Below, one piece after another: positions 36,900-50,373 of a stretch of 64,000 nt of DNA. The stretch comes from Macrostomum lignano (Eukaryota), in assembly GCA_002269645.1 (NCBI GenBank), contig NIVC01000814.1, positions 372,001-436,000 on the forward strand, written 5' to 3'. The first letter of the stretch is position 1. Every line of letters starts with the position of its first letter. The notes below the pieces were generated by a model, which saw only the letters and a program-made list of their open reading frames with translations, was not told the origin of the DNA and searched no databases. The position numbers and the translations under genes are program-made.

Positions 36900-39800
36900 C
36901 TACAAAAACGTTGTATCCTCAGTAAAAGCCCCAGCAAATCGATAGTCATCCCTGGCCAATACGCAGTACAATCGCTGAGGTGTCGGTCGCGAACCCGGCC
37001 CGGGTCGAGGCGCCACGCATCGTAGCAGCATCTCCTTGGCTGTGAATGGCGGGAATTTGCCTCCGCTATTAGTAGCAGAAGATGATTCCGGCAATGTTGC
37101 AGATGTTGCAGAATTGGCGGCAGCGGCGGCAGCAGCGACAGCGGCCGAGGCAGCGTGACTTTCAACAAACATTCGTTGCAAAGCGCTGCCAATAGGGCCT
37201 CGAGATGCGCCAACAACCGGCACCTCCGGTTGCCTGAGCAGATCTAGAAGGAATTGCCTAGTAACTGGGTCAGCCGAGTAAGAGGAGTCCTTGGCAACGC
37301 CGGTACAGCAGGAGTTGAACTTGAACAGTAGGGAGCGCAATCGAACCACCTGAAGCAGTATGAGGTGTCTAAATACACAGTGACAAAACGAAACGCAAGG
37401 AAACTTTCTATTTTGGCTGGCTGAGTCTCAAAAAATATAAATGCTATACAAAAGTGCAATGCCCACTTAGCGCTATTAATAGTTTTGAGAAATAGTTACC
37501 GTGTGCTATTTTTACACATTTCCTTACACTCGCCCTCTGGTTCGCTGTTATGATGGGGTGGAGCAGGGTAACTGACTAACTAACTGACTAACTGACTGAC
37601 TAACTGACTAACTAACTGACTAACTGACTAACTAACTAGCTAAACATCTAACTAAATAACTAACTGGTTAACTAACTCTGTGGTAAAGTACTAACTGACC
37701 GACTAACTGACTGACTGGCGTGACTGAATGAATAACAAACCAATTAAATTAGATGGCTACAACTTATCTCATACTCAGATCCACAATATCATAACAAATT
37801 ACCTGCAATTCCAGGTAAGCAATATCATTAACTAAGCTTTCGTATCGATCAGGATTAGCCGTCCGCTCTCTCGTAGCGTCGCAGGCTTTCTCGCAAGCGG
37901 CCTCCAGAGTGCGCAGAAACTTGGGCGCCGATTCCGACAGCATAGCTGCCTCTTCGGCTGGCAAATCCACTAAGCTAGCCAGACCGTCCAGCACAGCATT
38001 GGGTAGCAACAGCTTAGCAACCTCGGCCGGCGTTAAGCCGCTTAATTGTTGGAGTATCTTTTCTACTTCTTTAGTATCGTCAAACAGACGCCGTTGCAGT
38101 CTAGCCGGTATGGGCTTGGCAAGCTGCCAGGTTTCTAGCCAGATATTGCCCGGCAGTTGCATTCTTGCTGACAATTGGCCGTTGGAGAAATCTCGGGGCG
38201 AATGCCAGCGTACAAAGTCTTCCAGGCAGCAGCCCGGGTTCGCAGCCTGGGCGAGAGGACGGGTGGGAGATTATCGGGGGTTGATAGGGGAGATTATCGG
38301 GGGTTGATAGGGGAGATTATCGGGGGTTGATAGAGGAGATTATCGGGGGTTGATAGGGGAGATTATCGGGGGTTGATAGAGGAGATTATCGGGGGTTGAT
38401 AGGGGAGATTATCGGGGGTTGATAAGGGAGATTATCGGGGGTTGATATGGGGAGATTATCGGGGGTTGATATGGGGAGATTATCGGGGGTTGATAGGGGA
38501 GATTATCGGGGTTGATAGGGGAGATTATCGGGTTGATAGGGGAGATTATCGGGGGTTGATATGGGGAGATTATCGGGGGTTGATAAGGTAGATTATCGAA
38601 GTTTTGGCTAGAGAAGATCATCGGGGGTTGATAGCGATTTCCAATGGGGATCAAAAGCGATTTCCAATAAGGGATCAAACAGCGATTCCCAATGGGGATC
38701 AAACAGCGATTTCCAATGGGGATCAAAGGGCAATTTCAGTGTGGGGATCAAAAAGCGATTCCCAGCGTGGGATCGAACCCCAGACCAACCTTAAAGGCCT
38801 GCATATCGCTGAGCAGTGAGCTGCTCTGCATTCGAGCCCGCAGCGCGGCGGCCTGAGAATCGGTGCCCAATTTAGCCAGCAATTCGGTGTGCTCTTCCAG
38901 ACTGTCCTCGGTCATTGGCGGCGCCTGTTGCGTAGCCGGAACCCACAGCACTCTATCGGGCCGTTTCAACAGTCGAACGGGTTCAGCAGCCGAAGCCGAC
39001 GAAGATGTCGAGGCGACGACGAATTGTCGAAGCCGACCGTCTGGCTGATGATCGGGCTGCATCGGCTCCTCTTCGCATTCGAAGAATTCGTCCTCTCCAT
39101 CCTCTCCGTCAACGCTGACGTCACCTTCCATGTTGACGTCATTGTTGGATTGTTGTTCACTCGAAGCTGTGACGGACTCCGACTCTTCGCGTTGCTGTAC
39201 AGTTGCCATGGAGGAGGTTTTCTCCCTAGAAATACGCAGATCGACTCTTTTAGCGGTACCAAATAGGCATAGGCATGCCCTAGTGCATAGTTGAGTAGAT
39301 ACTCGAAGATGGCAGGAGTAGATACTCGAAGATGGCAGGAGTAGATACTCGCGCAAGAGTAGATACTCGAAGATGGCAAGAGTAGATACTCTAAGATGGC
39401 GAGAGTAGATACTCGAAGATGGCAAGAGTAGATACTCGAAGATGACAAGAGTAGATACTCGAAGATGACAAGAGTAGATACTCGAAGATGGCAAGAGTAG
39501 ATACTCTAAGATGGCGAGAGTAGATACTCGAAGATGGCAAGAGTGGATACTCGAAGATGGCAAGAGTAGATGCTCGAAGATGACAAGAGTAGATGCTCGA
39601 AGATGACAAGAGTAGATACTCGAAGATGGCAAGAGTAGATACTCGAAGATGACAAGAGTAGATACTCGAAGATGGCAAGAGTAGATACTCGAAGATGGCA
39701 AGAGTAGATACTCGAAGATGGCGCAAGAGTAGATAATCGAAGATAGCAAGAGTAGATGGCAAGAGTAGATACTCGAAGATGGCAAGAGTAGATACTCGAA

Positions 39801-42800
39801 GATGGCGCAAGAGTAGATACTCGAAGATGGCAAGAGTAGATACTCGAAGATGGCGAGAGTAGATACTCGAAGATGGCAGGAGTAGTTACTCGAAGATGGC
39901 AAGTAGATACTTAAACAATGGCACCCGAGCATGCTAAACATTAATGACAACTTTGAATGTACTTTTTTTACATTTTTAAAAAACCATTCAATGCCTACTA
40001 TAAGTAACAAACCTAGCCAGTTTTCGCCCGATACACAATTGCAACATCTGCAATTTCTGGTGCAACAGCGAGGTGCCCAAGTCTGGCGGCGTCTCAACAA
40101 TGTCCTCTTGACACTGGCTGTCTTCCGTCTCGGCAGAAGGCGACGCCGTGGCAGCCGCTGGCAACGGACAGGAGTTCTCCCAGCGATAGCGCAATTCCAG
40201 CACCACCTCTTGCCACAGGTGAGCAACAGCGTGAATACCGCTGGAGTGAGTGTGATTCAGTGTGGCCACGGCCAGGGTCAGACGGTGGGCAAGGGAGCCC
40301 AGTGGGGCGCATTTCAGATCGCGAGCCAACTTCTGAGCTCGCTCGGAGTACTGCTGAGGCTGCTGCTGAGTCGCATCTGAGGGGGGGGGGAAGCACGTTT
40401 CATAGTCTATCACATACCGGATGCTTTAGTGAACACTGGCTACCACATCCCGGATGCCTTAGTGGACATCGGCTACCACATCCCTGATGCTTTAGTGGTC
40501 ATTGGCTACCACATCCCTGATGCTTTAGTGGTCATTGGCTACCACATCCCTGATGCTTTAGTGAACACTGGTTACCACATCCCAGATGCCTTAGTGAAAA
40601 TCGGCTACCACATCCCAGATGCCTTGTGGTCATTGGCTACCACATCACGGATGCTTTAGTGGACATTGGCTACCACATCCCTGATGCTTTAGTAGTCATT
40701 GGCTACCACATCCCTGATGCTTTAGTAGTCATTGGCTACCACATCCCTGATGCTTTAGTGAACACTGGTTACCACATCCCAGATGCCTTAGTGAAAATCG
40801 GCTACCACATCCCAGATGCCTTGTGGTCATTGGCTACCACATCCCTGATGCTTTAGTGAACACTGGTTACCACATCCCAGATGCCTTAGTGAAAATCGGC
40901 TACCACATCCCGGATGCCTTGTGGTCATTGGCTACCACATCACGGATGCTTTAGTGGACATTGGCTACCACATCCCTGATGCTTTAGTAGTCATTGGCTA
41001 CCACATCCCTGATGCTTTAGTAGTCATTGGCTACCACATCCCTGATGCTTTAGTGGACACTGGCTACCACATCCCTGATGTTCTAGTTGACATTGGCTAC
41101 CAGCTTGAATGTTGCAAATCTCGCACATAACGTTCTCCATCATAAACTCCAAAACAAACCTACTCGACACTCCTGCCGCATCGGGGAACAAAAAGTGCAG
41201 CAAGCTGTTCAGCTGGGCTTCGCTCAACGGAGCCGATTGGTCGCTTCGGACAGACAGCTTGGAAGTGGCCCGGCGAACCACACCGGTGGCAGCGTCGGTC
41301 ATGCTGGGCACTCGGCTGCCAGTCAGACGGTCCAGAGCTCTGCAGAGTGGAAGTTTTGTATGGCAATTTTTAATGGTACATTTGTATCTTGTATACAGAG
41401 ATTTATAATATGGAAATAGGGTAGCAAGATGTGGTCAAGCAACTAGGGATAGAGCTGAGAGGCTGGCACAGCAACTGAGAACGGAAATAACAGGTTTGCC
41501 CAGCAAATGAGGATGGAGCTGAGAAACTGATCGAGCAACTGAGGGTGGATCTGAGAGGCTGGTTCAGCAAATGAGGATGGAGCTGACAGGCTGGTTTAGC
41601 AACTGAGAACGGAAATAACAGGTTTGCCCAGCAACTGAGGATGGAGCTGAGAAACTGATCGAGCAACTGAGGGTGGATCTGAGAGGCTGGTTCAGCAAAT
41701 GAGGATGGAGCTGACAGGCTGGTTCAGCAACTGAGAACGGAAATAACAGGTTTGCCCAGCAACTGAGGATGGAGCTGAGAAACTGATCGAGCAACTGAGG
41801 GTAGATCTGAGAGGCTGGTTCAGCAAATGAGGATGGAGCTGAGAGACTGATCGAGCAACTGAGGATGGAGCTGAGAGACTGATCGAGCAACTGAGGATGG
41901 AGCTGAGAGACTTATCGAGCAACTGAAGATGGAGCTGAGAGGCTGATCGATCAACTGAAGATGGAGCTGAGAGACTGATCGAGCAACTGAGGATGGAGCT
42001 GAGAGACTGATCGAGCAACTGAGGATGGAGCTGAGAGACTGATCGAGCAACTGAGGATGGAGCTGAGAGACTGATCGAGCAACTGAGGATGGAGCTGAGA
42101 GACTGATCGAGCAACTGAGGATGGAGCTGAGAGACTGATCGAGCAACTGAGGATGGAGCTGAGAGACTGATCGAGCAACTGAGGATGGAGCTGAGAGACT
42201 GATCGAGCAACTGAGGATAGAGCTGAGAGACTGATCGAGCAACTGAGGATGGAGCTGAGAGACTGATCGAGCAACTGAGGATGGAGCTGAGAGACTGATC
42301 GAGCAACTGAGAATGGAGCTGAGAGACTGATCGAGCAACTGAGCATGGAGCTGTGGAGGCTGGCCCAGCAACTGAGCATGGAGCTGTGGAGGCTGGCCCA
42401 GCAACTGAGCATGGAGCTGTGAAGGCTGGCCCAGCAACTGAGCATGGAGCTGTGGAGGCTGGCCCAGCAACTGAGCATGGAGTTGTGGAGGCTGGCCCAG
42501 CAACTGAGGATGGAGCTGGGAGGCTGGCCTAGTAACTGAGGATGTAGCAGGGAGACTGGTCCAGCAACTGAGGATCTGAAAGGATGATTGCCCATAATCC
42601 AAGACCATCGCGCAGAACTATCAAGACAACACAAACCATCGCGCAGAACTATCAAGACAACACAAACCATCGCGCAGAACTATCAAGACAACACAAACCA
42701 TCGCGCAGAACTATCAAGACAATCACAAACCTACCTAGAAGCAGTAGCCGACTCCAACGCGGCTCCATCGCTGCTTTTGCCGCCGCCGCCGCCGCCGTCG

Positions 42801-45800
42801 GCAGCGCCACCAGACCCGGTAGAGGTGCCGCCAACACCAGCGGCAGTCGGCGACGAAGTAAAGAGCGCAGCTAGCAGGTCGTGAACAGTCTCTCGTCGAG
42901 AGCACAGTCTCAGCAGGCGGCCTAAACAGTCGGTCAATCTGCACAGCGCGTCGTCAAGAAATCTCGCCCTCAAAGTCCAAACTGGCGCGTGCAACGGATC
43001 CAAATCAGTGTAGGACTCCGTATCCACTACCATCTCTTCGGCTAGGCGAGGCCAAACGGCGGCTAATTGCAATTCGCTGATTGGCTCCTCGCACGGACCA
43101 ATAGGAAGCCGAGCTGGCAGGTCCAATTCGCGTTGCTGCTGATTGCGCCGATGACGAAGCGTGTCGGGCAGGGGACTCAGACAGGCTAACAGGCGGTCGG
43201 AGAACTGGCTTAGGCTGTAGCTCAGTCGAATAGCTGCGCTAATTGATGGCCCGTTAGAGGACGAGAATTGGCTGCCGGACTGCACTGCGGGACAGGCCAT
43301 TCGCTGTCTAAACATATCGATAGCGCCTTGCAGGTGCCTGTAGTGCCTGGGGATTTTGCACAGCTGGGCTATTTCGAATCGGGTGCGGAGCCCGGAGCCG
43401 AGGGCCTGCGGCGAGGATTTCAAATTGGCTGGAGTAATTAGTTATGCTAATGCGCTATTGTGCAGATGCAGATAATGGATGCGCTTTCAGTATTAAGCAG
43501 TGTATGATCTGTAATAGAGTTGGAGGCTGAAAACCTGAGATCTAGCTAGCAACTGAGGATGAAGCTGGGAGGCTGGCCCAACTCGACACTTTATGAGGAT
43601 GGCCCAACAACTGACACTTTGCAAGGCTGGCCCAGCAACTGAGGATCTGGGAGGCTGGCCCAGCAACTGAGGATCTGGGAGGCTGGCCCAGCAACTGAGG
43701 ATCTGGGAGGCTGGCCCAGCAACTGAGGATCTGGGAGGTTGGCCCAGCAACTGAGGATCTAGAAGGCTGGCCTAGAAACTGACACTTTAAGAGGCTAGCC
43801 CAGCAACTGAGGATCTGGGAGGCTGGCCCAGAAACTGACACTTTAGGAGGCTGGCCCAGCAACTGAGGATCTGGAATGCTGGCCTAGAAACTGACACTTT
43901 AGGAGGCTGGCCCAGAAACTGACACTTTAGGAGGCTGGCCCAGCAACTGAGGATCTGGAATGCTGGCCTAGAAACTGACACTTTAGGAGGCTGGCCCAGA
44001 AACTGACACTTTAGGAGGCTGGCCCAGCAACTGAGGATCTAGAAGGCTGGCCTAGAAACTGACACTTTAAGAGGCTAGCCCAGCAACTGAGGATCTGGGA
44101 GGCTGGCCCAGAAACTGACACTTTAGGAGGCTGGCCCAGCAACTGAGGATCTGGGATGCTGGCCTAGAAACTGACACTTTAGGAGGCTGGCCCAGAAACT
44201 GACACTTTAGGAGGCTGGCCCAGCAACTGAGGATCTGGGATGCTGGCCTAGAAACTGACACTTTAGGAGGCTGGCCCAGAAACTGACACTTTAGGAGGCT
44301 GGCCCAGCAACTGAGGATCTGGGAGACTGGCCCAGAAACTGACACTTTAGGAGGCTGGCCCAGCAACTGAGGATCTGGAAGGGTTGCCCAGCAACTGAGG
44401 ATTTGGGAGGCTGGCCTAGAAACTGACACTTTAGGAGGCTGGCCCAGCAACTGAGGATCTAGAAGGCTGGCCCAGCTACTAAGGATCTGAGAGGGCTTCC
44501 TATTAACTGGAGGTCTGGAGGGCGGCCTAATAACTAAGGATCTAGGAAATCTCTATTGAATTTCAGATGATACAAATAGCAGTATGATTTAAATTTAAAT
44601 ATTTCTACTGAACACAGCATATAATAGAACGCAAGATTCGAGCCTAGGACCTACAAGTAAAAATGCTTACCTGGCCAAAGTACAGCCTCCGATCGGGCCG
44701 GCCAACCTGCAGAAAGATCGGCAGGTGGCAGCCGGAATTGTGCGCAGTGATACACAGGCTGCTTAGCAACAGTCGCAATCGACTCTCATTGCACACTGTC
44801 TGGTCTTGGCTCGGCTTCACTACAATCAGCTCGCGTAGGCCGAACCAGCGTGTTAAACAATGAGCAACGCTGGGGAAATCGTTATCGGATGAGGCAATCT
44901 GATGCAGCACTGGCGGCCAAAAGGTCTTGCTGTCGCTGGCCGGAGGCTGCTCAGCTGCTTTCCCAGCTTCATCTGTCCCAGCTAGATCGGGTTGATCTTC
45001 TTCGCTAGGCTTTGGAGGCTGAACCTGTTTAGTCGGGATTTCAAGTATAAGCTGTATTTGAATTGGAACATTTAAAATATTGACTCAACTGGATGGGATT
45101 TGAACTATACTGGATGGGATTTGAACTCAACTGGATGGGATTTGAACTATACTGGATGGGATTTGAACTATACTGGATGGGATTTTAATTTTTATGGACG
45201 GGATTTGAACTTTACTGGATGGGATTTGAACTCAAATAAATGGGAGTTGAACTCAACTGGATGGGATTTGAACTCAACTAAATGGGATTTGAACTTAACT
45301 GGACTGGATGGGATTTGAACTATACTGGGTGAGATTTGAACTATACTGGATGGATTTGAACTATACTGGATGGGATTTTAATTTTTATGGACGGGATTTG
45401 AACTTTACTGGATGGGATTTGAACTATACTGGATGGGATTTTAATTTTTATGGACGGGATTTGAACTTAACTAGATGGGATTTGAACTCAACTAAATGGG
45501 ATTTGAACTTAACTGGACTGGATGGGATTTGAACTTAATTGGATGGGATTTGAATTCAACTGGATGGGATTTAAACACAACTGGATGGGATTTGAACTCA
45601 ACTGGACGGGATTTGAACCTAACTGAATGGGATTTTAACAGAAGTGGGTGGAAGTTGAACACTTAATAGGATTTGAACTTAACTGCGTGTTTGAACTTTA
45701 CTGGATGGGATTTGAACTCAACTGAATGCGATTTAAACTTTACTGGATGGAATTGGAACTTAACTAAATCACCTACTTGACAATGATGCGTCAATCTAAA

Positions 45801-46157
45801 CTCGCAGTCCATGTACCGTACACTACAAGACTGATCTTTCCAAGTGTGCTGCTGCCGATCCAAGTGCCTATCGGTGCCGAATCGTCTAGTGGCGTTGCTG
45901 CCTGCGGCGGCCGTGGCGTGACGCGAGTCGGCCATTCTCTCAGCCTCAGGCACCGATTCTAAGCCCGTGCCACCGGACTTCACGGAGAACCGACCGCCGC
46001 CATCCACTTTCCATTCGTTGAATACCTCTTCTAACTCGGACATGAACTGCTCCCAGTCTGATGCGCTGGTGAAATCCGTGATTTCAAAAACGTCACCTTC
46101 TTCCTCTATAATGCTGGTCTCCGTTGTCAGAGGCGGAGACTGCGGAAATGTAGCCAT
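36900..46157 (-). CDS. RAB3GAP1: Rab3 GTPase-activating protein catalytic subunit, ~1100 aa. Exons 46157-45777, 45051-44671, 43405-42735, 41339-41164, 40376-40013, 39225-38790, 38246-37803, 37349-36900
   Basis: FEITDFTSASDWEQF, RWFGLRE, TDLDPLHAPVW, FLFPDA, LKCAPLGSL, LLHQKLQML, MQSSSLLSDMQAFK|AANPGCCLEDFVRWHSPRD, RRLFDDTKE, KEMLLRC..PRP...PQRLY. Phases 0,0,2,1,2,0,0 close to 3303 nt. Confidence 0.93.
38265..38760. repeat. Two adjacent ~23-bp minisatellites (RAB3GAP1 intron 6)
   Basis: TTGATAGGGGAGATTATCGGGGG, then GCGATTTCCAATGGGGATCAAA. Confidence 0.9.
39292..39905. repeat. 23-bp minisatellite (RAB3GAP1 intron 5)
   Basis: Unit ACTCGAAGATGGCAAGAGTAGAT. Confidence 0.95.
40410..41100. repeat. 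33-bp minisatellite (RAB3GAP1 intron 4)
   Basis: Unit TACCACATCCCTGATGCTTTAGTGGTCATTGGC. Confidence 0.95.
41430..42725. repeat. Compound array (RAB3GAP1 intron 3): 32-bp units, shorter variants and a 31-bp block
   Basis: GAGAGACTGATCGAGCAACTGAGGATGGAGCT; GGCTGGCCCAGCAACTGAGCATGGAGCTGT; ACCATCGCGCAGAACTATCAAGACAACACAA. Confidence 0.93.
43590..44500. repeat. 28-bp minisatellite with an 84-bp higher-order period (RAB3GAP1 intron 2)
   Basis: Units A (GGCTGGCCCAGCAACTGAGGATCTGGGA) and B (GGCTGGCCCAGAAACTGACACTTTAGGA), mostly in ABB order. Confidence 0.9.
45085..45765. repeat. 21-bp minisatellite (RAB3GAP1 intron 1)
   Basis: Unit ACTGGATGGGATTTGAACTAT/TCA. Confidence 0.93.
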
Positions 46158-47189
46158 TATTGCTGCTGACAGCCACGCTGATAGAGCTGAAGGCTCGCTT
46201 AATTTATTTCAGCTTTTATTACCAAAACAAGCAAAAAATGCCAACATGAAAGCAAAAAATATAAAGTTTATTGAATTGAATTGCAATGTCAGAAAACTAT
46301 AGGCAGTTTAAATAATTAATAGTCGAAATCAAAAATAAAAAATAATGAATGCAATGTAATAAGGCTCTTTTAAAGAATTATTGGCTAAGCATTGTTTTTG
46401 CCCTACTATTAGTAGCTTCAGCTTGGGAAAATGTTAGAGGTGGGTTGTATAGGTTTTTAAGATAGTATAAAATATTTATCAGCAATTCACATTACTAAAT
46501 ATATCAAGTATATTAGTAAAAAGCTAGTAAATTTGTAGTAGATAATCAATTAAATTGTTTCAAAGAGGCAGATCAAGTATTTTAAGTCTATGGCTACTTT
46601 GATTTTTTTACTTGTAATATCCCACTCAATATTCTGGTCATAGTTGATTTGTCTCCAATTTTTCAAAAATTGAAATTTAAAAATACAGTTCAATAGTTTT
46701 AGCTTTATCTTTAATGCATTCAATTCAATAGAAAAGATCTTTATTGTTTTTGTTTCAGGGCAAAGTCTAAGAGTAATGAATAGTAACAGTCAGTCAAAGT
46801 TATATAATATTTTTGTAAATTTTTGGCAGATAGCTATTAGTTCAACTTCAACTATAATCTAGAGATTTTCATTTCTTAAAGTGTTCATTTTTGTGGAATT
46901 AGCCTACTACATAAGTGTAATGATTATAAAGATAAATGCTACAAAAAGTCATATCTCTTATGATAGGATGAAAAGGATTTTAAGAACTAAGGCTAGAATA
47001 TAGTCTGTATAACATAAGATTTATGCCTATAATTAATTATTGTTTAAGCCCTACAAGTTTATTTTAACTTATAAAAATCAATTAATTTAACAGAACCAAG
47101 TATATTAATGTGGAAGCCTTTTTTACACAAAAATTTCCTATGAAATTTCAAATCTACACATTTCCAAGAAAAACATTTAGTTTTAACTA

Positions 47190-49790
47190 GCAATCTTCGC
47201 CCCCCGATGGGGGACATCTGGATAGAACTTCTGTTCTCTACAAGTAAAAAAAACCGCCAAATAGAGTCTTCACAAAGACAACAGAAAAACTGCTCAAATG
47301 AAGCGCAATGCAAAAAGAAAACATCCCAAGACAGCAAGCATCCCCCCGCACCCCCAGATAGCAAGCACCCCCAGATAGCAAGCACCCCCAGATAGCAAGC
47401 ACCCCCAGATAGCAAGCACCCCCAGGCAGATAGCAAGCACCCCCAGATAGCAAGCACCCCCAGATAGCAAGCATCCCTCAGATAGCAAGCACCCCAGATA
47501 GAAAGAACCCCCAGATAGCAAGCATCCAATTGATAGCAAGTATCTATCCTTAAATAGGAAGCATCCACCAGACAAAAAGTATATAGTGCAACATTTCCTT
47601 TTAGCTTTCTAGGGGCTCCTTTATAATTGGCATGACGCTTCTTATTACGTTTGAAAATGTCTCTCCTGTGTTTGAAATGGTGGCTATTTTATATTTGAAT
47701 TGGTGGCTCTTTAATGTTTGACATCGTGCTAGTTTTATGTTTGTCATGGTGGCTCCTTAATGTTAGAAACGGTGGCTCTTTAATGTTTGACATGGAGTCA
47801 CATATATGTTTCACATGGTGGCTCTTCTATGTCTAACTTGGTAGCTCTTTTATGTTTGACATCGTGGCTCGTTAATGTTCGACATGGTGGCTATTTACTG
47901 TTTGACATGGTGGCTTTTTAATGTTTGACATGGTGGCTCTTTAATGTTCAACATGGTGGCTCTTTATTGTTTGACATGGTGGCTTTTTAATGTTTGACAT
48001 GGTGTCTCTTAAATGCTCGACATTGTGGCTCTTTAATGTTCTACATTGTGGCTCTTTAATTTTCTACATTGTTGCTCTTTAATGTTTGACATGGTGGCTC
48101 TTTAATGTTTTACATGGTGGTTCTTTAATGTTCTACATTGTGGCTCTTTAATGTTGTACATTGTGCTCTTTAATATTTGACATTGTGGCTCTTTAATGTT
48201 CTACATGGTGGCTCTTTAGTGTTTGACATGGTGGCTCTTTAATGTTCAACATGGTGGCTCTTTATTGTTTGACATGATGGCTCTTTAATGTTCGACATGG
48301 TGGCTCTTTACTGTTAGATATGGTGGCTCTTTAATGTTTGACATGGTGGCTCTTTAATGTTTGACATGGTGGCTCTTTAATGTTCTACATGGTTGCTCTA
48401 TAATGCTCTATATTGTGGCTCTTTAATGCTCTACATGGTGGCTGTTCAATGTTCTACATATTGTGGCTCTTTAATCTTCGACATGGTGGCTCTTTAATGT
48501 TCGACATAGTGGCTCTTTATTGTTTGACATGATGGCTCTTTAATGTTTGACATGGTGGCTCTTTAATTTTCTACATGGTGGCTCTTTAATGTTCTACATA
48601 TTGTGGCTCTTTAATCTTCGACATGGTGGCTCTTTTAGTGTTCTACATTGTGGCTCTTTATTGTTTGACATGATGGCTTTTTAATGTTTGACATGGCTCT
48701 TTAATGTTCTACATTGTGGCTCTTTAATGTTCTACATTGTGGCTCTTTAAATGTTCTACATGGTGGCTCTTTATTGTTTGACATGGTGGCTCTTTAATGT
48801 TCTACATGGTGGCTCTTTAATGTTCTACATGGAGGCTCTTTAATGTTTGACATGGAGTCACGTATGTGTTAGACATGGAGTCACGTATATGCTTTACATG
48901 GTGGCTCTTTAATGTTTGACATGTTGGCTCTTTAATGTGTGACATGGTGGCTCTTTAATGTTTGACATGTTGGCTCTTTAATGTGTGACATGGTGGCTCT
49001 TTAATGTTTGACATGGAGTCATGTATGTGTTTGGCATGGAGTCACGTATATGCTTTACATGGTGACTCTTTAATGTTCGACATGGTGGCTCTTTAATGTT
49101 TGACATGGAGTCACGTATATGTTTGACATGTAGTCACGTATATGTTTGACATGGTGGCTCTTTAATGTTTGACATGGTGGCTCTTTTATGCTTGAAATGG
49201 TGGCTCTTTAATGTTCGACATGGTGGCTCTTTTATGTTTAACATGGAGTCACGTATGTGTTTGACATGGAGTCACGTATATATTTGGCATGGAGTCACGT
49301 ATATGCTTTACATGGTGGCTCTTTAATGTTCGACATGGTGGCTCTTTATTGTTCGAAATTGTGGCTCTTTAATGTTCGACATGGTGGCTCTTTAATGTTC
49401 GACATGGTGGCTCTTTAATGTTCTACATGGTGGCTCTTTAATGCTCTATATTGTGGCTCTTTAATGCTCTACATGGTGGCTCTTTAATGTTCTACATATT
49501 GTGGCTCTTTAATCTTCGACATGGTGGCTCTTTCATGTTCGACATGGTTGCTCTTTATTGTTTGACATGATGGCTCTTTAATGTTTGACATGGTGGCTCT
49601 TTAGTGTTTGACATGGCGGCTCTTTAATTTTTGACATGGTGGCTCTTTAATTTTTGACATGGTGGCTCTTTAATGTTAGACATGGAGTCACGTATATGCT
49701 TTACATGGTGGCTCTTTTATTTTTTGACATGGTGGCTCTTTAATGTTCGACAGTGTGGCTCTTCTATGTTTGACATTGTGCTTTTTTTAT
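47190..49790. repeat. Composite repeat, copy 1: unique head, 17-bp array and ~2-kb 23-bp array
   Basis: GGGGACATCTGGATAGAA head; (CACCCCCAGATAGCAAG)n at 47325-47545; (ATGTTTGACATGGTGGCTCTTTA)n at 47690-49790. Confidence 0.9.
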
Positions 49791-49837
49791 GTTTAGCAGT
49801 TTTGTGTTTTTAAGGTGTTTTAATAAAAAAATCTTTT

Positions 49838-49907
49838 TGCACTACTGAGATTCGAACTCAGGTCGCTACATTAGCAGTCCAGTCTGTTCGCATCTAGGCT
49901 ATCTCTT
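49838..49907 (-). pseudogene. tRNA-like sequence (GCT anticodon-like), probably a SINE head or tRNA pseudogene
   Basis: Perfect T-arm CTGAG-TTCGAAT-CTCAG, A-box-like TAGCCTAG and loop CTGCTAA. There is no acceptor stem and no Ser-type variable arm. Confidence 0.55.
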
Positions 49908-50169
49908 TTCAATTGGAGAACATGAATTGTGGCCCTTATAATTAAATTCTTACAGCAAGTCAATTGGAGTAGAAAGTTATGACATAATCAACTTCTCAGT
50001 CAGCCAGTATCAGTTTCAATTTAAGTTAGCAATATGGTTACGCAATTTTAACCAAGTCTTGTGTGCATTTCTTGGGCACTGTTTTCAACTTGTTGTGATG
50101 CAATCTTTATTACAATCAGAATTCAGCTAGTCAGTTTTTTCTCTAGCATTCTTACAATGCATTTCAGGT

Positions 50170-50373
50170 CAAAAGAGCTGCTTGACCTTTGCAAAAAAGC
50201 ATGTTTTTCGAATATTTAATCCCTTTAATATTGAGCAATTTCTTAGCCAAGATGCATGTACCATCCCAGGAAAATTTCTGATCGAATGGTGCAAGTTTGA
50301 AGAAAATCGGTTGAGCCATTTTTTCTGAAATCTATCGCATACCCATATACAGACATTTCATTTTTAGTATATA
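50170..50373 (+). mobile_element. Possible Helitron/Lep1-like non-autonomous element 3' end
   Basis: AAGTTTGAAGAAAATCGGTTGAGCCATT...ACAGACATTTCATTTTTAGTATATAG resembles the 3' terminus of invertebrate rolling-circle MITEs (recognised from memory only). Confidence 0.3.

Noticed and set aside
38761-38790. B-box-like GGGGTTCGATCCC
   Set aside because: It lies at the 5' end of RAB3GAP1 intron 6 with no A box or tRNA fold, so it is probably coincidental.
38748-40226. 492-aa ORF
   Set aside because: It is a read-through of the 23-bp intronic repeat into RAB3GAP1 exon 6. Only 39225-38790 is coding.
41160-41163. GTTTGT donor that would end RAB3GAP1 exon 4 exactly at the alternative-frame stop
   Set aside because: Phase 2 does not match exon 5. 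The GTAGGT donor at 41163 (phase 1) fits.
41403-44450. Multiple S/L/Q-rich ORFs of 85-262 aa
   Set aside because: They arise from intronic tandem repeats of RAB3GAP1. Only 43405-42735 is exonic.
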